64,000 nucleotides of DNA, from the IMG/VR virus record IMGVR_UViG_3300045988_159010. One strand, given 5' to 3'. This stretch comes from a virus. Positions 36,880 to 46,161 of this stretch are shown piece after piece. The first letter of the stretch is position 1; each line of letters begins with the position of its first letter. Made by a program: the position numbers and the translations under genes. Below the pieces are notes generated by a model. The model was not told the origin of the DNA, ran no database searches, and saw only the letters and a list, made by a program, of their open reading frames with translations.

Positions 36880-39003
36880 TTAGTTCTCCTTTTTAAAATC
36901 AAAAATTGTTTTTAATTCTTCTACTTTATCGAGCTGTTCCCAAGGGCTATTGCATTCAATGCGACCAAAATGACCGAAGCAAGCATAGGGCAGATAACGA
37001 GTATGCTTTAAATCAAATTTATGAATAATACTGCGTGGTGCAAAATCAAATGTCTGATTAACTGCATCAAGAATTTCAGCAATAGGTTTCTTCTCTGTGC
37101 CAAAACAATTAATATCAATAGATGCAGGTTCTGTCTGCCCAATGATATAAGCAACTTGAATCATGCACTTATCGCAAACGCCAGAAGCTACAAGATTTTT
37201 AGCTACATAACGTGCCATATATGCACCACTACGGTCTACCTTACTGGGGTCTTTGCCGCTAAAACAATTGCCTGTAATAAAAACTCGATTATTATATCTT
37301 AATACAAGATTATGAGAAGGTACATTAATACAATACATCCAAGGATCATTATCTTCATAATCTTCAATAGTTAGATTGGCAATTGAAGAACCTGAAGTTC
37401 TGAATGGAGTAGAATATTTATATTTACCTTGTCTTACTTCATAACAAATACTTCTACGAGTATAATTTTCACTGAATGTTTCACCTATTCTATCATCAAT
37501 AGAAAAATGAGAAGATGTGCCATAAACTGCCATAAAAATAAATTGAATAAAATCGGCTTCATCTTTATGTGTGGTTCTAAAAACACAATCTCTATCTCCA
37601 TCCCATTTAATTACTTCATCAGCAATTATTTGAGCTTGATGCAAATTGCATTTAGATAAACATTCATTCATTTTTTTATTTACGAAGGAAGGCTTATACC
37701 AAAAAATACTACAATCATTATCTGGGGTTTCCTTATAATCAAGTCCTGTTGAAGCGAATAGTTTTCTTAATGCCTCTTTTTTATATTTCTTTTTAACTCT
37801 AATTCTTCCAGTCCATCCTGAATTCTCTTTTAGAATAGTACCATCTGCACAAAATGCTACTTGAAGTCTAATTTCATCATCAGTTAAATCAAGGCCAGGA
37901 TTATCCTTAAAATCATAAGTAAAATAAATAGGGATTTGAATACTTCTAAACCCATTATTTTTATAATAATAGTCTAAAATTTCTTGACAAGTTTTCTTCT
38001 GATAATTTCCTTTAGATGTTTTATAGAGAACATTATGATTATCAGATAATATCATATCCAATGATTTATTAGTAGCAATATGATACATTTTAGTTTTAGG
38101 TAGCCTTACAAATTCACCATTAACAAATGAAATCTTGCCATCATCCCATTGAGCTACTTTATCATCTGAAGAAAATTCAGAGATTTTTTTCCACCCATTA
38201 AGGGTTAAAAATTCTGTATCTCCATTTACGCATCCACCACCATGCGGAGCGTAGCCACCATATGTATCTACAACGATTTTACGTCCTGTTAATCCAGTAT
38301 CAGCCTGGGGACCGCCCTTCACAAACTTACCTGTTGGGTTAATATAAAATTTACAATCTTTTTTAATGGCATAACCTTGAAGGGCAATATTACAAATGTT
38401 CGTAATATCGGGCGTTATTTCCTTAATACTATACTTGTCTTTGTGTTGGGCCGATACGACAATTGTATCTACCCCTTCAAAGTTGCCATCATCATCGTAT
38501 TGGACAGTTATCTGGCATTTGCCGTCAGGTAATGCCCAAGGTAGCAAATCATTTTTATACTTACTAAACATAATGACCGAGATATTGTTAGCAAGTTGCT
38601 GAGCGATAGGCATATAATTTTCTGTTTCATTGGTTGCATAACCAAACATCATGCCTTGGTCGCCAGCACCATCCCTATCAACACCCGCAGCGATGTCAGG
38701 GGATTGATTTACTACATTAATAATATATGAACAAGTGTCGCAGTTAAATCCTGCTTCATCATTGTCATAACCAATAAATCTTAAAGTCTCTCTTGCAATT
38801 TCCTGATAAGGAATAGATTGTTCTGTTTTAGCTGTAATTTCTCCCATAATATGGAAGATGCCTGGGCTAATAGTACATTCACAAGCTACTCGTGCATCAG
38901 GGTCAAGCTGGAGGACATAATCCAGAATAGCATCACTTACCTAATCACAAACCTTATCAGGGTGACCGGCAAAAACACTCTCACTGGTAAATAAATAACT
39001 CAT
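36880..39003 (-). CDS. metK: S-adenosylmethionine synthetase (MetK) interrupted by an intein; one in-frame TAG (38941-38943) aligning with conserved Gln
   Basis: GGAGGAAATATTAT-ATG; N-terminus [30 protein letters not shown] versus E. coli GHPDKIADQISDAVLD; GAGDQGMMFGYATNET; C-extein CFSGKDPSKVDRSGAYMARYVAKNLVASG...QVAYIIG...YACFGHFGR; host split at HGGG^(A/C)FSGKD. Confidence 0.7.
37267..38232 (-). mobile_element. intein (about 322 aa) with LAGLIDADG-type homing-endonuclease domain inside metK
   Basis: starts CVNGDTEFLTLNG (block A), contains LQVAFCADGTILKE, ends ...VLRYNNRVFITGN followed by Cys plus-1 (CFSGKD). Confidence 0.55.
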
Positions 39004-39049
39004 ATAATATTTCCTCCTTTATTATATAAATATTATATAATATTATTTT

Positions 39050-39490
39050 TTATTTTTCAATTTTTTCTATTACACAATAACAAGCGTTATAGAAATCTTC
39101 TTTTTCATCGTATTCATCACGATGTTCCGGCCACCAATCAGCTGTTAGTTCTTCTTTCATCCAATGCTCAAATTGCTCTACACTATTAGAACCATTAGCA
39201 ATAAGCCAAGTGCTATATTCTCCATAAGGAGTATAACCTGTAAGTCTAAAACAATCTTTATCCTTTTTATAACAAGCTTCATCTGTAATTAAAGTTTTAG
39301 TATAATAACACTGACTCAATACATCAGCTACATCGCGATACTTATCTGAATGTTTCTCATAGCAATCACAAGCTACATCCATTAACATGCTGCCAGTGAT
39401 ATCATATCTTCGTGCTTCGGCAGGTGTTGCACACACTTTCTTATAATCGCCTTCTGGCGACCAAAATTCATATAAATAGTCCTATGACAT
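39050..39490 (-). CDS. Cys-rich hypothetical protein (about 146 aa), in-frame TAG at codon 3
   Basis: GGAGGACAAT-ATG-TCA-TAG-GACTAT... continuous with track ORF 39050-39436. Confidence 0.4.
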
Positions 39491-39681
39491 ATTGTCCTCC
39501 TTTGCCCAAAATGGTTTGACATAATTAAAATTTTTTTGTATAATATATTTAGAAAATAGTTCTATATAAAATTTAATCTTCTAAATGTAAACGTAAATAA
39601 ATAGCTACTCCTAATAGAATTAGACCCGGAATGAGAAACCATAGCGGGTCTATTGTAGAATGGATAATTGCCAACATTAAT

Positions 39682-40143
39682 TTAATGACCAAAATACAAC
39701 CACCACTTTGCCGTAGATACTTCTGCAAGGGCAAGTTTACAATTCTTAATGCTCACTAGATAATTATTGTAAATTTCCAACTGCCGTTTAACTAATTCAC
39801 TACTGGACAATTCAGGATAAATAGATGCGAAGATAATAGCATTTTCAGGAGTCAATGCAGCATATGTATCTTTTTCGTGGTCAAGATAATTAGCGACTAC
39901 ATCATTAATTGTCACTTGGATGGTTTGCATTTCAGTTTCATATACTTCAATTTTCTTATTGTATTCAGGCACTTTACTAATTGATAGAGCACAAACGATA
40001 ATGCCAACAGCTGCAAAAAATGCGAGGATGCCGCCAACTACTACCCAGCCTACGCCTTTTTCTTCATAAGAGCCATATCTTAAATTAAGCATGACACCAA
40101 CAATAATAAGAATAATGCCAATAACAAGAGCCACAATAGTCAT
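39682..40143 (-). CDS. membrane protein (153 aa)
   Basis: two N-terminal TM helices. Confidence 0.45.
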   Translation of the reverse strand: MTIVALVIGIILIIVGVMLNLRYGSYEEKGVGWVVVGGILAFFAAVGIIVCALSISKVPEYNKKIEVYETEMQTIQVTINDVVANYLDHEKDTYAALTPENAIIFASIYPELSSSELVKRQLEIYNNYLVSIKNCKLALAEVSTAKWWLYFGH

Positions 40144-40497
40144 TTATTTATCCTCCATATTGCAATCACAAACGAATTGATTTACCCATTCCCAGAAATG
40201 ATACCCATTGAACATAGTAAAATCAAGGTCATCAAATCTTTTACTGCCAAGTAGTTTCTTTTCTTTATCCCAAATAGTTAGATATACAATGGCATAATTG
40301 CCGCTGCCATCTTCATAAGTTGCATGGAAAATATCATCACAATGAACTACAAATCTGCCTTTCCATAGAGGGTCGTCGTGCAAATTTTTGTTCATCTTCT
40401 TGATACGATGAATAATCTTACGTTTCAGATTCTTCTTACTATTGGAACTGTGAGAACTTTCCCAGTACTTGTCATTCTTCTCCATTACTTCTTCCAC
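40144..40497 (-). CDS. hypothetical protein (117 aa)
   Basis: ORF. Confidence 0.45.
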   Translation of the reverse strand: MEEVMEKNDKYWESSHSSNSKKNLKRKIIHRIKKMNKNLHDDPLWKGRFVVHCDDIFHATYEDGSGNYAIVYLTIWDKEKKLLGSKRFDDLDFTMFNGYHFWEWVNQFVCDCNMEDK

Positions 40498-40820
40498 TCC
40501 TTAATTCTGTACTGATACATACCTTTAGAATAATCTGTTGGGTCTTTTACTACAACAAAAATTGCATCATAATAAGGCGGATTATCAATAACAGTATAAT
40601 CAATATCCTTATGATAGCCGCATCTATCAAGTGCAATTTTAACTGTCTGTACCATGCCTTCACGCACAATCCAAATGCTATGAGTATTGGCCAGGTTTGC
40701 CTGTACCATCATGGCACTATCAGGAATAGATTTTAATGCTTTATAAATAACTCTACTCGCACAATCCTTTTCGCCGATTACGCCTTCTGCAATCAGTCTC
40801 TCTTCATCAGTCTTTACCAT
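40485..40820 (-). CDS. hypothetical protein (111 aa)
   Basis: ORF. Confidence 0.45.
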   Translation of the reverse strand: MVKTDEERLIAEGVIGEKDCASRVIYKALKSIPDSAMMVQANLANTHSIWIVREGMVQTVKIALDRCGYHKDIDYTVIDNPPYYDAIFVVVKDPTDYSKGMYQYRIKEWKK

Positions 40821-41146
40821 TGTTTTACATCCTCCACATAAATAAATTCAATAAATTTGTCTACATAAGACATAAATGCCAATTTACCTTCGCCCAAGAG
40901 ACAAGCAGTTTCATAGAGGAACCATTGCTCTGTTGCTTCCAGACTTGTTTCATACATTTGCTTTTGGATGTAATAGATAAGTTCATCTGCTACATCTTCT
41001 ACAACTGCCCGCCGCACTTCTTCAATTTCGGCAAATGTCTCTTTCCATGTCGGTTTGCGTTCAAGAGCAATGAAATCATAGGTGTCCATAAAATCATAAT
41101 TGCCTTCATCAAGCGGTAAATGATTAATAACAATTAAGCCATCCAT
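40814..41146 (-). CDS. hypothetical protein (110 aa)
   Basis: ORF. Confidence 0.45.
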   Translation of the reverse strand: MDGLIVINHLPLDEGNYDFMDTYDFIALERKPTWKETFAEIEEVRRAVVEDVADELIYYIQKQMYETSLEATEQWFLYETACLLGEGKLAFMSYVDKFIEFIYVEDVKQW

Positions 41147-41535
41147 TAATATGCCCTCTCTACAATATAGTTACTAAAAATCGGCGGATATTCGCCAAAC
41201 ACTTCATTAAACTTTTTTTCCATTTCGTGTTCCTTATTTACATCAATTTCAAAATGGTTAAGGCGATTATAATTAAATGACGAATCAAGGTCAATACTAA
41301 AAAGACGATAACCAAAAAAGATATGATCCAGCCAATCATAGCCATAACAATCAGAAATTACAAGGTCATCTTCTTGAAGAATTTCAAATGCTTCATAAGG
41401 ATCAATCTTTACTCGTTCACAATATTCTTTAAATGTAGGAACGTTATCTTCACCAAACATAAAACCGCGGCCTACAAATGCTTCATACTCAACACTCATG
41501 ATATATGCCTCCTTGTTAATTTTTTTATTTCTCAT
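41146..41535 (-). CDS. hypothetical protein (129 aa)
   Basis: ORF. Confidence 0.45.
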   Translation of the reverse strand: MRNKKINKEAYIMSVEYEAFVGRGFMFGEDNVPTFKEYCERVKIDPYEAFEILQEDDLVISDCYGYDWLDHIFFGYRLFSIDLDSSFNYNRLNHFEIDVNKEHEMEKKFNEVFGEYPPIFSNYIVERAY

Positions 41536-41537
41536 TT

Positions 41538-41580
41538 CTTTATATATATATTTTATAATATTTTTTTATAAAAATAAAAG
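41538..41580 (-). promoter_or_regulatory. AT-rich promoter-like motif, identical to the 36089-36131 copy, followed by hairpin AAGCCGA-N14-TCGGCTT
   Basis: exact 43-mer repeat. Confidence 0.5.
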
Positions 41581-41606
41581 AAGCCGAATGGCGTTAACCA
41601 ATCGGC

Positions 41607-42104
41607 TTATGTAATAGGTTTATAAATTCCAGGAGGAAGTGTAATAAATGTTTCATCACTAAGGGCATTCCAGAGACAAAGCCATTGACGATAATCATTA
41701 TATTTTGTATAATTAATTGTTTTTACATTAGGTACTTCGCCATCGGCACAGGTCTTAATAAATACTGAACTATTATCAAGCTTATATGTCTGATAATAAC
41801 CATTATCTAAAAGAACAATTGCGGAATTGTCGCTACCCCATTGGATATAAGTACCTTCTGACATAGGCTTAAGTTCATGATAATTTTCTATTTTAGTTAC
41901 TGAATGTTCTTTGCCACTGGGACTATCACAATAAATAACAGCTAATAGTCCACTGATAGCGATAGCGACCATACAAGTACAAACGGCTGCCCATAGAAAT
42001 TCGGACTTAAACCACTTCCAAATTTTTGAAAAATTATAATATTTAATATACTGCTGAATACTATAAACAATAGTGATAGCTATGGCGATCAAGAAAAAAA
42101 TCAT
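41607..42104 (-). CDS. membrane protein (165 aa)
   Basis: TM helices at N-terminus. Confidence 0.45.
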   Translation of the reverse strand: MIFFLIAIAITIVYSIQQYIKYYNFSKIWKWFKSEFLWAAVCTCMVAIAISGLLAVIYCDSPSGKEHSVTKIENYHELKPMSEGTYIQWGSDNSAIVLLDNGYYQTYKLDNSSVFIKTCADGEVPNVKTINYTKYNDYRQWLCLWNALSDETFITLPPGIYKPIT

Positions 42105-42307
42105 TTTTCTACTTTTCCTCCCATAAATTCAATAAAATCGCGGTTTTCGAGAGCATTAATAGTAAGTTTATACCTTTTTGATAAAGATTCAACCATTGTT
42201 AATTCGTACAAATTTTTTTCAATTTTAATGATATACATAATAGGAATAACAGCAGTATTAACATGAATAGGATATGGATATCCTTCAGCTTTAATTTTAT
42301 AAATCAT
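42101..42307 (-). CDS. hypothetical protein (68 aa)
   Basis: ORF. Confidence 0.35.
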   Translation of the reverse strand: MIYKIKAEGYPYPIHVNTAVIPIMYIIKIEKNLYELTMVESLSKRYKLTINALENRDFIEFMGGKVEK

Positions 42308-42519
42308 ATATTACTCCCACAATTTACACAATAAATTTTATCATCTACAATAAGGACTTGATTATTTTGAAGGATAGTGCCGCACCTGGTACAATGCGGC
42401 GGGTTAGAGCAGAAGAATTTGCAGCCTGGGTCTTCATCATCGACCCGTAAGCCAGAGACGATGCGGCATTGGCCTTGAACACGATAGCCGCATCTGCCGC
42501 ATCGACGCAAATTTACCAC
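42304..42519 (-). CDS. Zn-ribbon protein (71 aa)
   Basis: CGRCGY...CKFFC...CTRCG...CVNCG. Confidence 0.45.
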   Translation of the reverse strand: MVNLRRCGRCGYRVQGQCRIVSGLRVDDEDPGCKFFCSNPPHCTRCGTILQNNQVLIVDDKIYCVNCGSNI

Positions 42520-42743
42520 AGCACATTCTCCTGAATTGCATCAAGTGCTTCGGCACTTACTTCAAGACAATCATCAGGAGCGAATGCTTCAAGCTCTACT
42601 TTATTGATGCTATCAAAATACTGACAGATCTTTTCCATAGCATCAGTATATCCTTCATCAACGTCATTATCAGAATACACAAGTCCTGTCTCATCTTTTG
42701 ACTTGTCATCAAAATTCCAGTTTACTTTATATCTAAAATACAT
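42513..42743 (-). CDS. hypothetical acidic protein (76 aa)
   Basis: ORF. Confidence 0.4.
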   Translation of the reverse strand: MYFRYKVNWNFDDKSKDETGLVYSDNDVDEGYTDAMEKICQYFDSINKVELEAFAPDDCLEVSAEALDAIQENVLW

Positions 42744-42745
42744 AT

Positions 42746-43021
42746 TTAATCCTCCAAACTTGGAATAGCTCTAATGTAGTAATTAATTCCGCCAAAGAAA
42801 AGAGCAATGCATTCATTACTACATTGATATTTCTTCCACCAATCACGTAATGTATCTGTATATTCTTCAAGAGTATCGGCATCATCAAGTTTGTTAATGC
42901 CATAATTATATTCGATAAATGCTTCTTCCTCGGCGATAGATAGAACAAGTTCTTCGGCAGAAATTCGGTTATCACAGCAAATTAAATCATCATTACAGCT
43001 ATTCCAAACAATATATTTCAT
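42746..43021 (-). CDS. tandem paralogue 4 of 4 (91 aa) of small Cys-containing acidic proteins
   Basis: MKYIVWNSCNDDLICCDNRISAEELVLSIAEEEA. Confidence 0.5.
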   Translation of the reverse strand: MKYIVWNSCNDDLICCDNRISAEELVLSIAEEEAFIEYNYGINKLDDADTLEEYTDTLRDWWKKYQCSNECIALFFGGINYYIRAIPSLED

Positions 43022-43297
43022 TTAATATTCTCCTAATTCTTCAATAATAAATCGACCACTCATAAACCAAAGAGCTGTGCCATAATGAGTTTTACATTTC
43101 ACTTCTGGATGGCGGGATCTTCTGAAAGCAAAACTATAAGTAAAGAAATCATCTACGCCATCGTACATTGCTTGATTATATACATCTTCTTCAGTTATTG
43201 CAAGAATAAGTTCTTCGGCGTCTGCCCGAGTGTTGCAAATATATCGAGGGATTTCGCAACAAGCATCATCATCAATTTCAGAAATTAAATATTTCAT
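43022..43297 (-). CDS. tandem paralogue 3 of 4 (91 aa)
   Basis: MKYLISEIDDDACCEIPRYICNTRADAEELILAITEED. Confidence 0.5.
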   Translation of the reverse strand: MKYLISEIDDDACCEIPRYICNTRADAEELILAITEEDVYNQAMYDGVDDFFTYSFAFRRSRHPEVKCKTHYGTALWFMSGRFIIEELGEY

Positions 43298-43630
43298 TTA
43301 ATACTCCTCTCCAATAGAATAATTATAATATTCACCAGCCATAAGAAGAGTCCAACCATAGAAAGAAATATTTTTATCGTCAAATGGAAATCTAAATTTA
43401 TTATACTCTTTCCAGTCAAGAATTTTATCATTGAGATAAACTTCAATAGGATTTTCACCAGGCTCTACTGTAATTCCTGTTTCATCATAATAATAATCAT
43501 CAAGGAATGCATTATATGCTTCTTCTTCAGCTGCTGCGAGAATCAACTCTTGTACATCGGCTTCAGTATTGCAAATACCAAGAATACCAGGATAGAAGTT
43601 ATCAAAATAATCATAAGCAACATATTTCAT
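43298..43630 (-). CDS. tandem paralogue 2 of 4 (110 aa)
   Basis: MKYVAYDYF...ICNTEADVQELILAAAEEEA. Confidence 0.5.
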   Translation of the reverse strand: MKYVAYDYFDNFYPGILGICNTEADVQELILAAAEEEAYNAFLDDYYYDETGITVEPGENPIEVYLNDKILDWKEYNKFRFPFDDKNISFYGWTLLMAGEYYNYSIGEEY

Positions 43631-43632
43631 TA

Positions 43633-43959
43633 TTAATAGCCCTCCACTTCACAAATATAATAACTCATAGATAAATCATAAAGGATATATGCTTCCATAC
43701 TTAAAGAGTTTTTCTTCTTATGGGACGCATAATTTAGGTATTCGTTATGCCATTCAGTGCGATTTTTCCAAGTATCAAGATAAGTTTGCATAGGGTTTTG
43801 GATACAAATTCTTGCTATATATTCATAGAAGAAATTTTCATAATCTTGTCCTTCAACAAGAGCAAGGAGAAATTCTTCTGCGTCTGCTCTTGTATCACAT
43901 ACAGTTTCGATTTCAGCATCATCTTGCCATTCCTGATGATATACAACATAACGTTTCAT
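43633..43959 (-). CDS. tandem paralogue 1 of 4 (108 aa)
   Basis: MKRYVVYHQ...VCDTRADAEEFLLALVEGQD. Confidence 0.5.
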   Translation of the reverse strand: MKRYVVYHQEWQDDAEIETVCDTRADAEEFLLALVEGQDYENFFYEYIARICIQNPMQTYLDTWKNRTEWHNEYLNYASHKKKNSLSMEAYILYDLSMSYYICEVEGY

Positions 43960-43974
43960 TTATTTTCTCCCTCA

Positions 43975-44019
43975 TTTTTATATATATATTTTAACAAATT
44001 TTTTTATAAAAATAAAAGA
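43975..44019 (-). promoter_or_regulatory. AT-rich promoter-like motif copy with terminator hairpin AGAGCCAGA-N5-TCTGGCTCT (44019-44041)
   Basis: TTTATATATATATTTTAACAAATTTTTTTATAAAAATAAAAG. Confidence 0.45.
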
Positions 44020-44043
44020 GCCAGATTTGTTCTGGCTCTTTGG

Positions 44044-44346
44044 TTATTTATTTACTTCTTCAACGATTACAATAGCATTATGAATTACAATACGATTACC
44101 ATTATAATCAAAGAATGTTTCATTTTCTGACTCGCTAATGTCAATCATTGTCGGACCGTATTCTCGCAAAAGATTACCATTGTAATCATAGACAGACACA
44201 ATACGATAAAGGCCGCCCGTGTAATTACTTCTCCAACTCTTGATGGTACGTTGGAAATTCGCACCACTGAAAGTAAGAACCAAAAGGCCAAGTACAAGAA
44301 TAATTACAACAAGAATTACTGCGACACTACCACTTCTACTTCTCAT
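44044..44346 (-). CDS. membrane-anchored protein (100 aa)
   Basis: N-terminal TM AVILVVIILVLGLLVLTF. Confidence 0.45.
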   Translation of the reverse strand: MRSRSGSVAVILVVIILVLGLLVLTFSGANFQRTIKSWRSNYTGGLYRIVSVYDYNGNLLREYGPTMIDISESENETFFDYNGNRIVIHNAIVIVEEVNK

Positions 44347-44569
44347 ATTAATTCTCCTTATAAATCATTTGTTTTACAGAATAAATACATTACAAATGCA
44401 ATGATTATAAAACCAAAAATAAGTATTTTAATCATTATATAAACTGCCAAGAGCATAAAAGATAAGACAAATAAAAATGGTTAAGAAAAATAGTCCCATT
44501 AATCAGTAGCCCTCGCTAATACAATTCCTACAATTGCACCAATTAAAACGCAAATCATTCCAATAATCA

Positions 44570-45979
44570 TTAATTATCCTCCAGAGTCATTTCTTCTTCA
44601 ATTTCTTCCATGTCCGGCACTTCGGCATCAACCTTAATTAGATTCTCAAGTACCTTAAAATTATAAGATTTATCTTTTGCAACGTCGAAACGTGTACCAT
44701 TCATCTTGCGAATAACTACACCTTCAATTACATGAGAAGAATCAATCGTAGAAGGAATATCCTCATACTTGGCAATCCGTGCGAGGAAATCCTCTTCAGT
44801 GGTGTAGATGAAACGTTCCAGTTCAGGCACAGTTTCAAAACCCATCTGTTCTGCACGCTGCTTAACAAGGTCCCAAGGATATTCAATTACTACACCTTCA
44901 GGAGTAGTATAAGTCATACGGTAAACAAAATAGCGGTTAAGCGGTCTTTCTTCATGAGTACCATCACCATAAGTGTAATAACCAGTTTCAGTACATCCAT
45001 AAGAAAAAGTGGTAGTCTTACCATACTGCTTAATAAATTGCTTATCTTTTGTTTTAGTATTATCTCCACGAGACATAATAGGAACTGCACCGCCATAATT
45101 ATCTTTGTAGAAGCCTGCAATTTCACCGAAGCATTCCTCATTAGGCAGAAGCTTACCCTTGAAACGCTCGCCCCAAGCCTTACGGAAGTCATCATTGCCA
45201 TAAAAGCCGCCGGTGCTATTGTTAGTAAGGACAGTGCGGCGAGTACCAATCAGATAACGCATTTCAGTTTTAGGGGTAAGGTGAGACTGTGCGGACATAC
45301 GCCACTTCTTCGGCAGCCAGTTGCTATGTGCAATAAGCTTGGTAAGGAAGAAACCGTTTTCGCCAACAATTGCAGTCTGATATGCGTTTCGAGAACTGGT
45401 ACCATGGACCTTCTCGGTCAAGCAGATAATGTCGCCCGGCTTAAACATATCCATATTAAAACGAAGCTGGGGAGTATCAATATGTTCTGCGAAGAATGGA
45501 TACTTAATGCGGCATTTCTTTGCAGACTTATGGTTGTGTTCGCCGCGTGCAGTAGACTCTGAAACTCTGGGCTTATGCATCGGCACATACTTCTCGGCGA
45601 TTACATGACCATTGAAGGTAGATACAATATCACCTTCGGCCAGATTACTGATGTCACCAAAAGGTGTAAGGCAAGTAAGTGGAAGGATAAGACCTTCGGA
45701 CTTATTACCGCGAAGACGAATTGCACCAATATTACGCTTCACAGGGTCAATGAAACCGCCCGCCGGATTACCATTCTCATCCTTGCGGCGGAAGAGGTCA
45801 TTTGCCTTACCAAACTCTTCACTAATTTGACCATCCGTGGGGAAATAGACGTAGAGGTCATTTTCATTCACGGATTTATCAACAATGGTAGTAATACCAA
45901 ATACTTCACAGGCATTCAGACGATTAGCATTCTCCGCAGGTCTAATGTTTTTTACTTTACAAACATATACATTATACAT
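44570..45979 (-). CDS. ATP-dependent RNA ligase-family nucleotidyltransferase (469 aa)
   Basis: motif I KVHGTS (KxHGT), motif IV EGVVIRK; N-terminal extra domain. Confidence 0.55.
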   Translation of the reverse strand: MYNVYVCKVKNIRPAENANRLNACEVFGITTIVDKSVNENDLYVYFPTDGQISEEFGKANDLFRRKDENGNPAGGFIDPVKRNIGAIRLRGNKSEGLILPLTCLTPFGDISNLAEGDIVSTFNGHVIAEKYVPMHKPRVSESTARGEHNHKSAKKCRIKYPFFAEHIDTPQLRFNMDMFKPGDIICLTEKVHGTSSRNAYQTAIVGENGFFLTKLIAHSNWLPKKWRMSAQSHLTPKTEMRYLIGTRRTVLTNNSTGGFYGNDDFRKAWGERFKGKLLPNEECFGEIAGFYKDNYGGAVPIMSRGDNTKTKDKQFIKQYGKTTTFSYGCTETGYYTYGDGTHEERPLNRYFVYRMTYTTPEGVVIEYPWDLVKQRAEQMGFETVPELERFIYTTEEDFLARIAKYEDIPSTIDSSHVIEGVVIRKMNGTRFDVAKDKSYNFKVLENLIKVDAEVPDMEEIEEEMTLEDN

Positions 45980-46006
45980 TTACGTCTATTCCTTTCTTAA
46001 TTTTAG

Positions 46007-46159
46007 TTAGTTTTCTACTGGAGTAAAGAAGTTGAGGCTTTCGGTTAGCCATCTATTTGCTTCGGGATCAAAGTAAAGGACACGGAAATATCCGCTATCG
46101 TCTCGGAAGATTTGTGCGATCGTGTAAGTCTTACCGGAGACATTGTTTTTCATTTTCAT
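46007..46159 (-). CDS. small protein (50 aa)
   Basis: MKMKNNVSGKTYTIAQIFRDDSGYFRVLYFDPEANRWLTESLNFFTPVEN; below track length cutoff. Confidence 0.3.
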   Translation of the reverse strand: MKMKNNVSGKTYTIAQIFRDDSGYFRVLYFDPEANRWLTESLNFFTPVEN

Positions 46160-46161
46160 AA

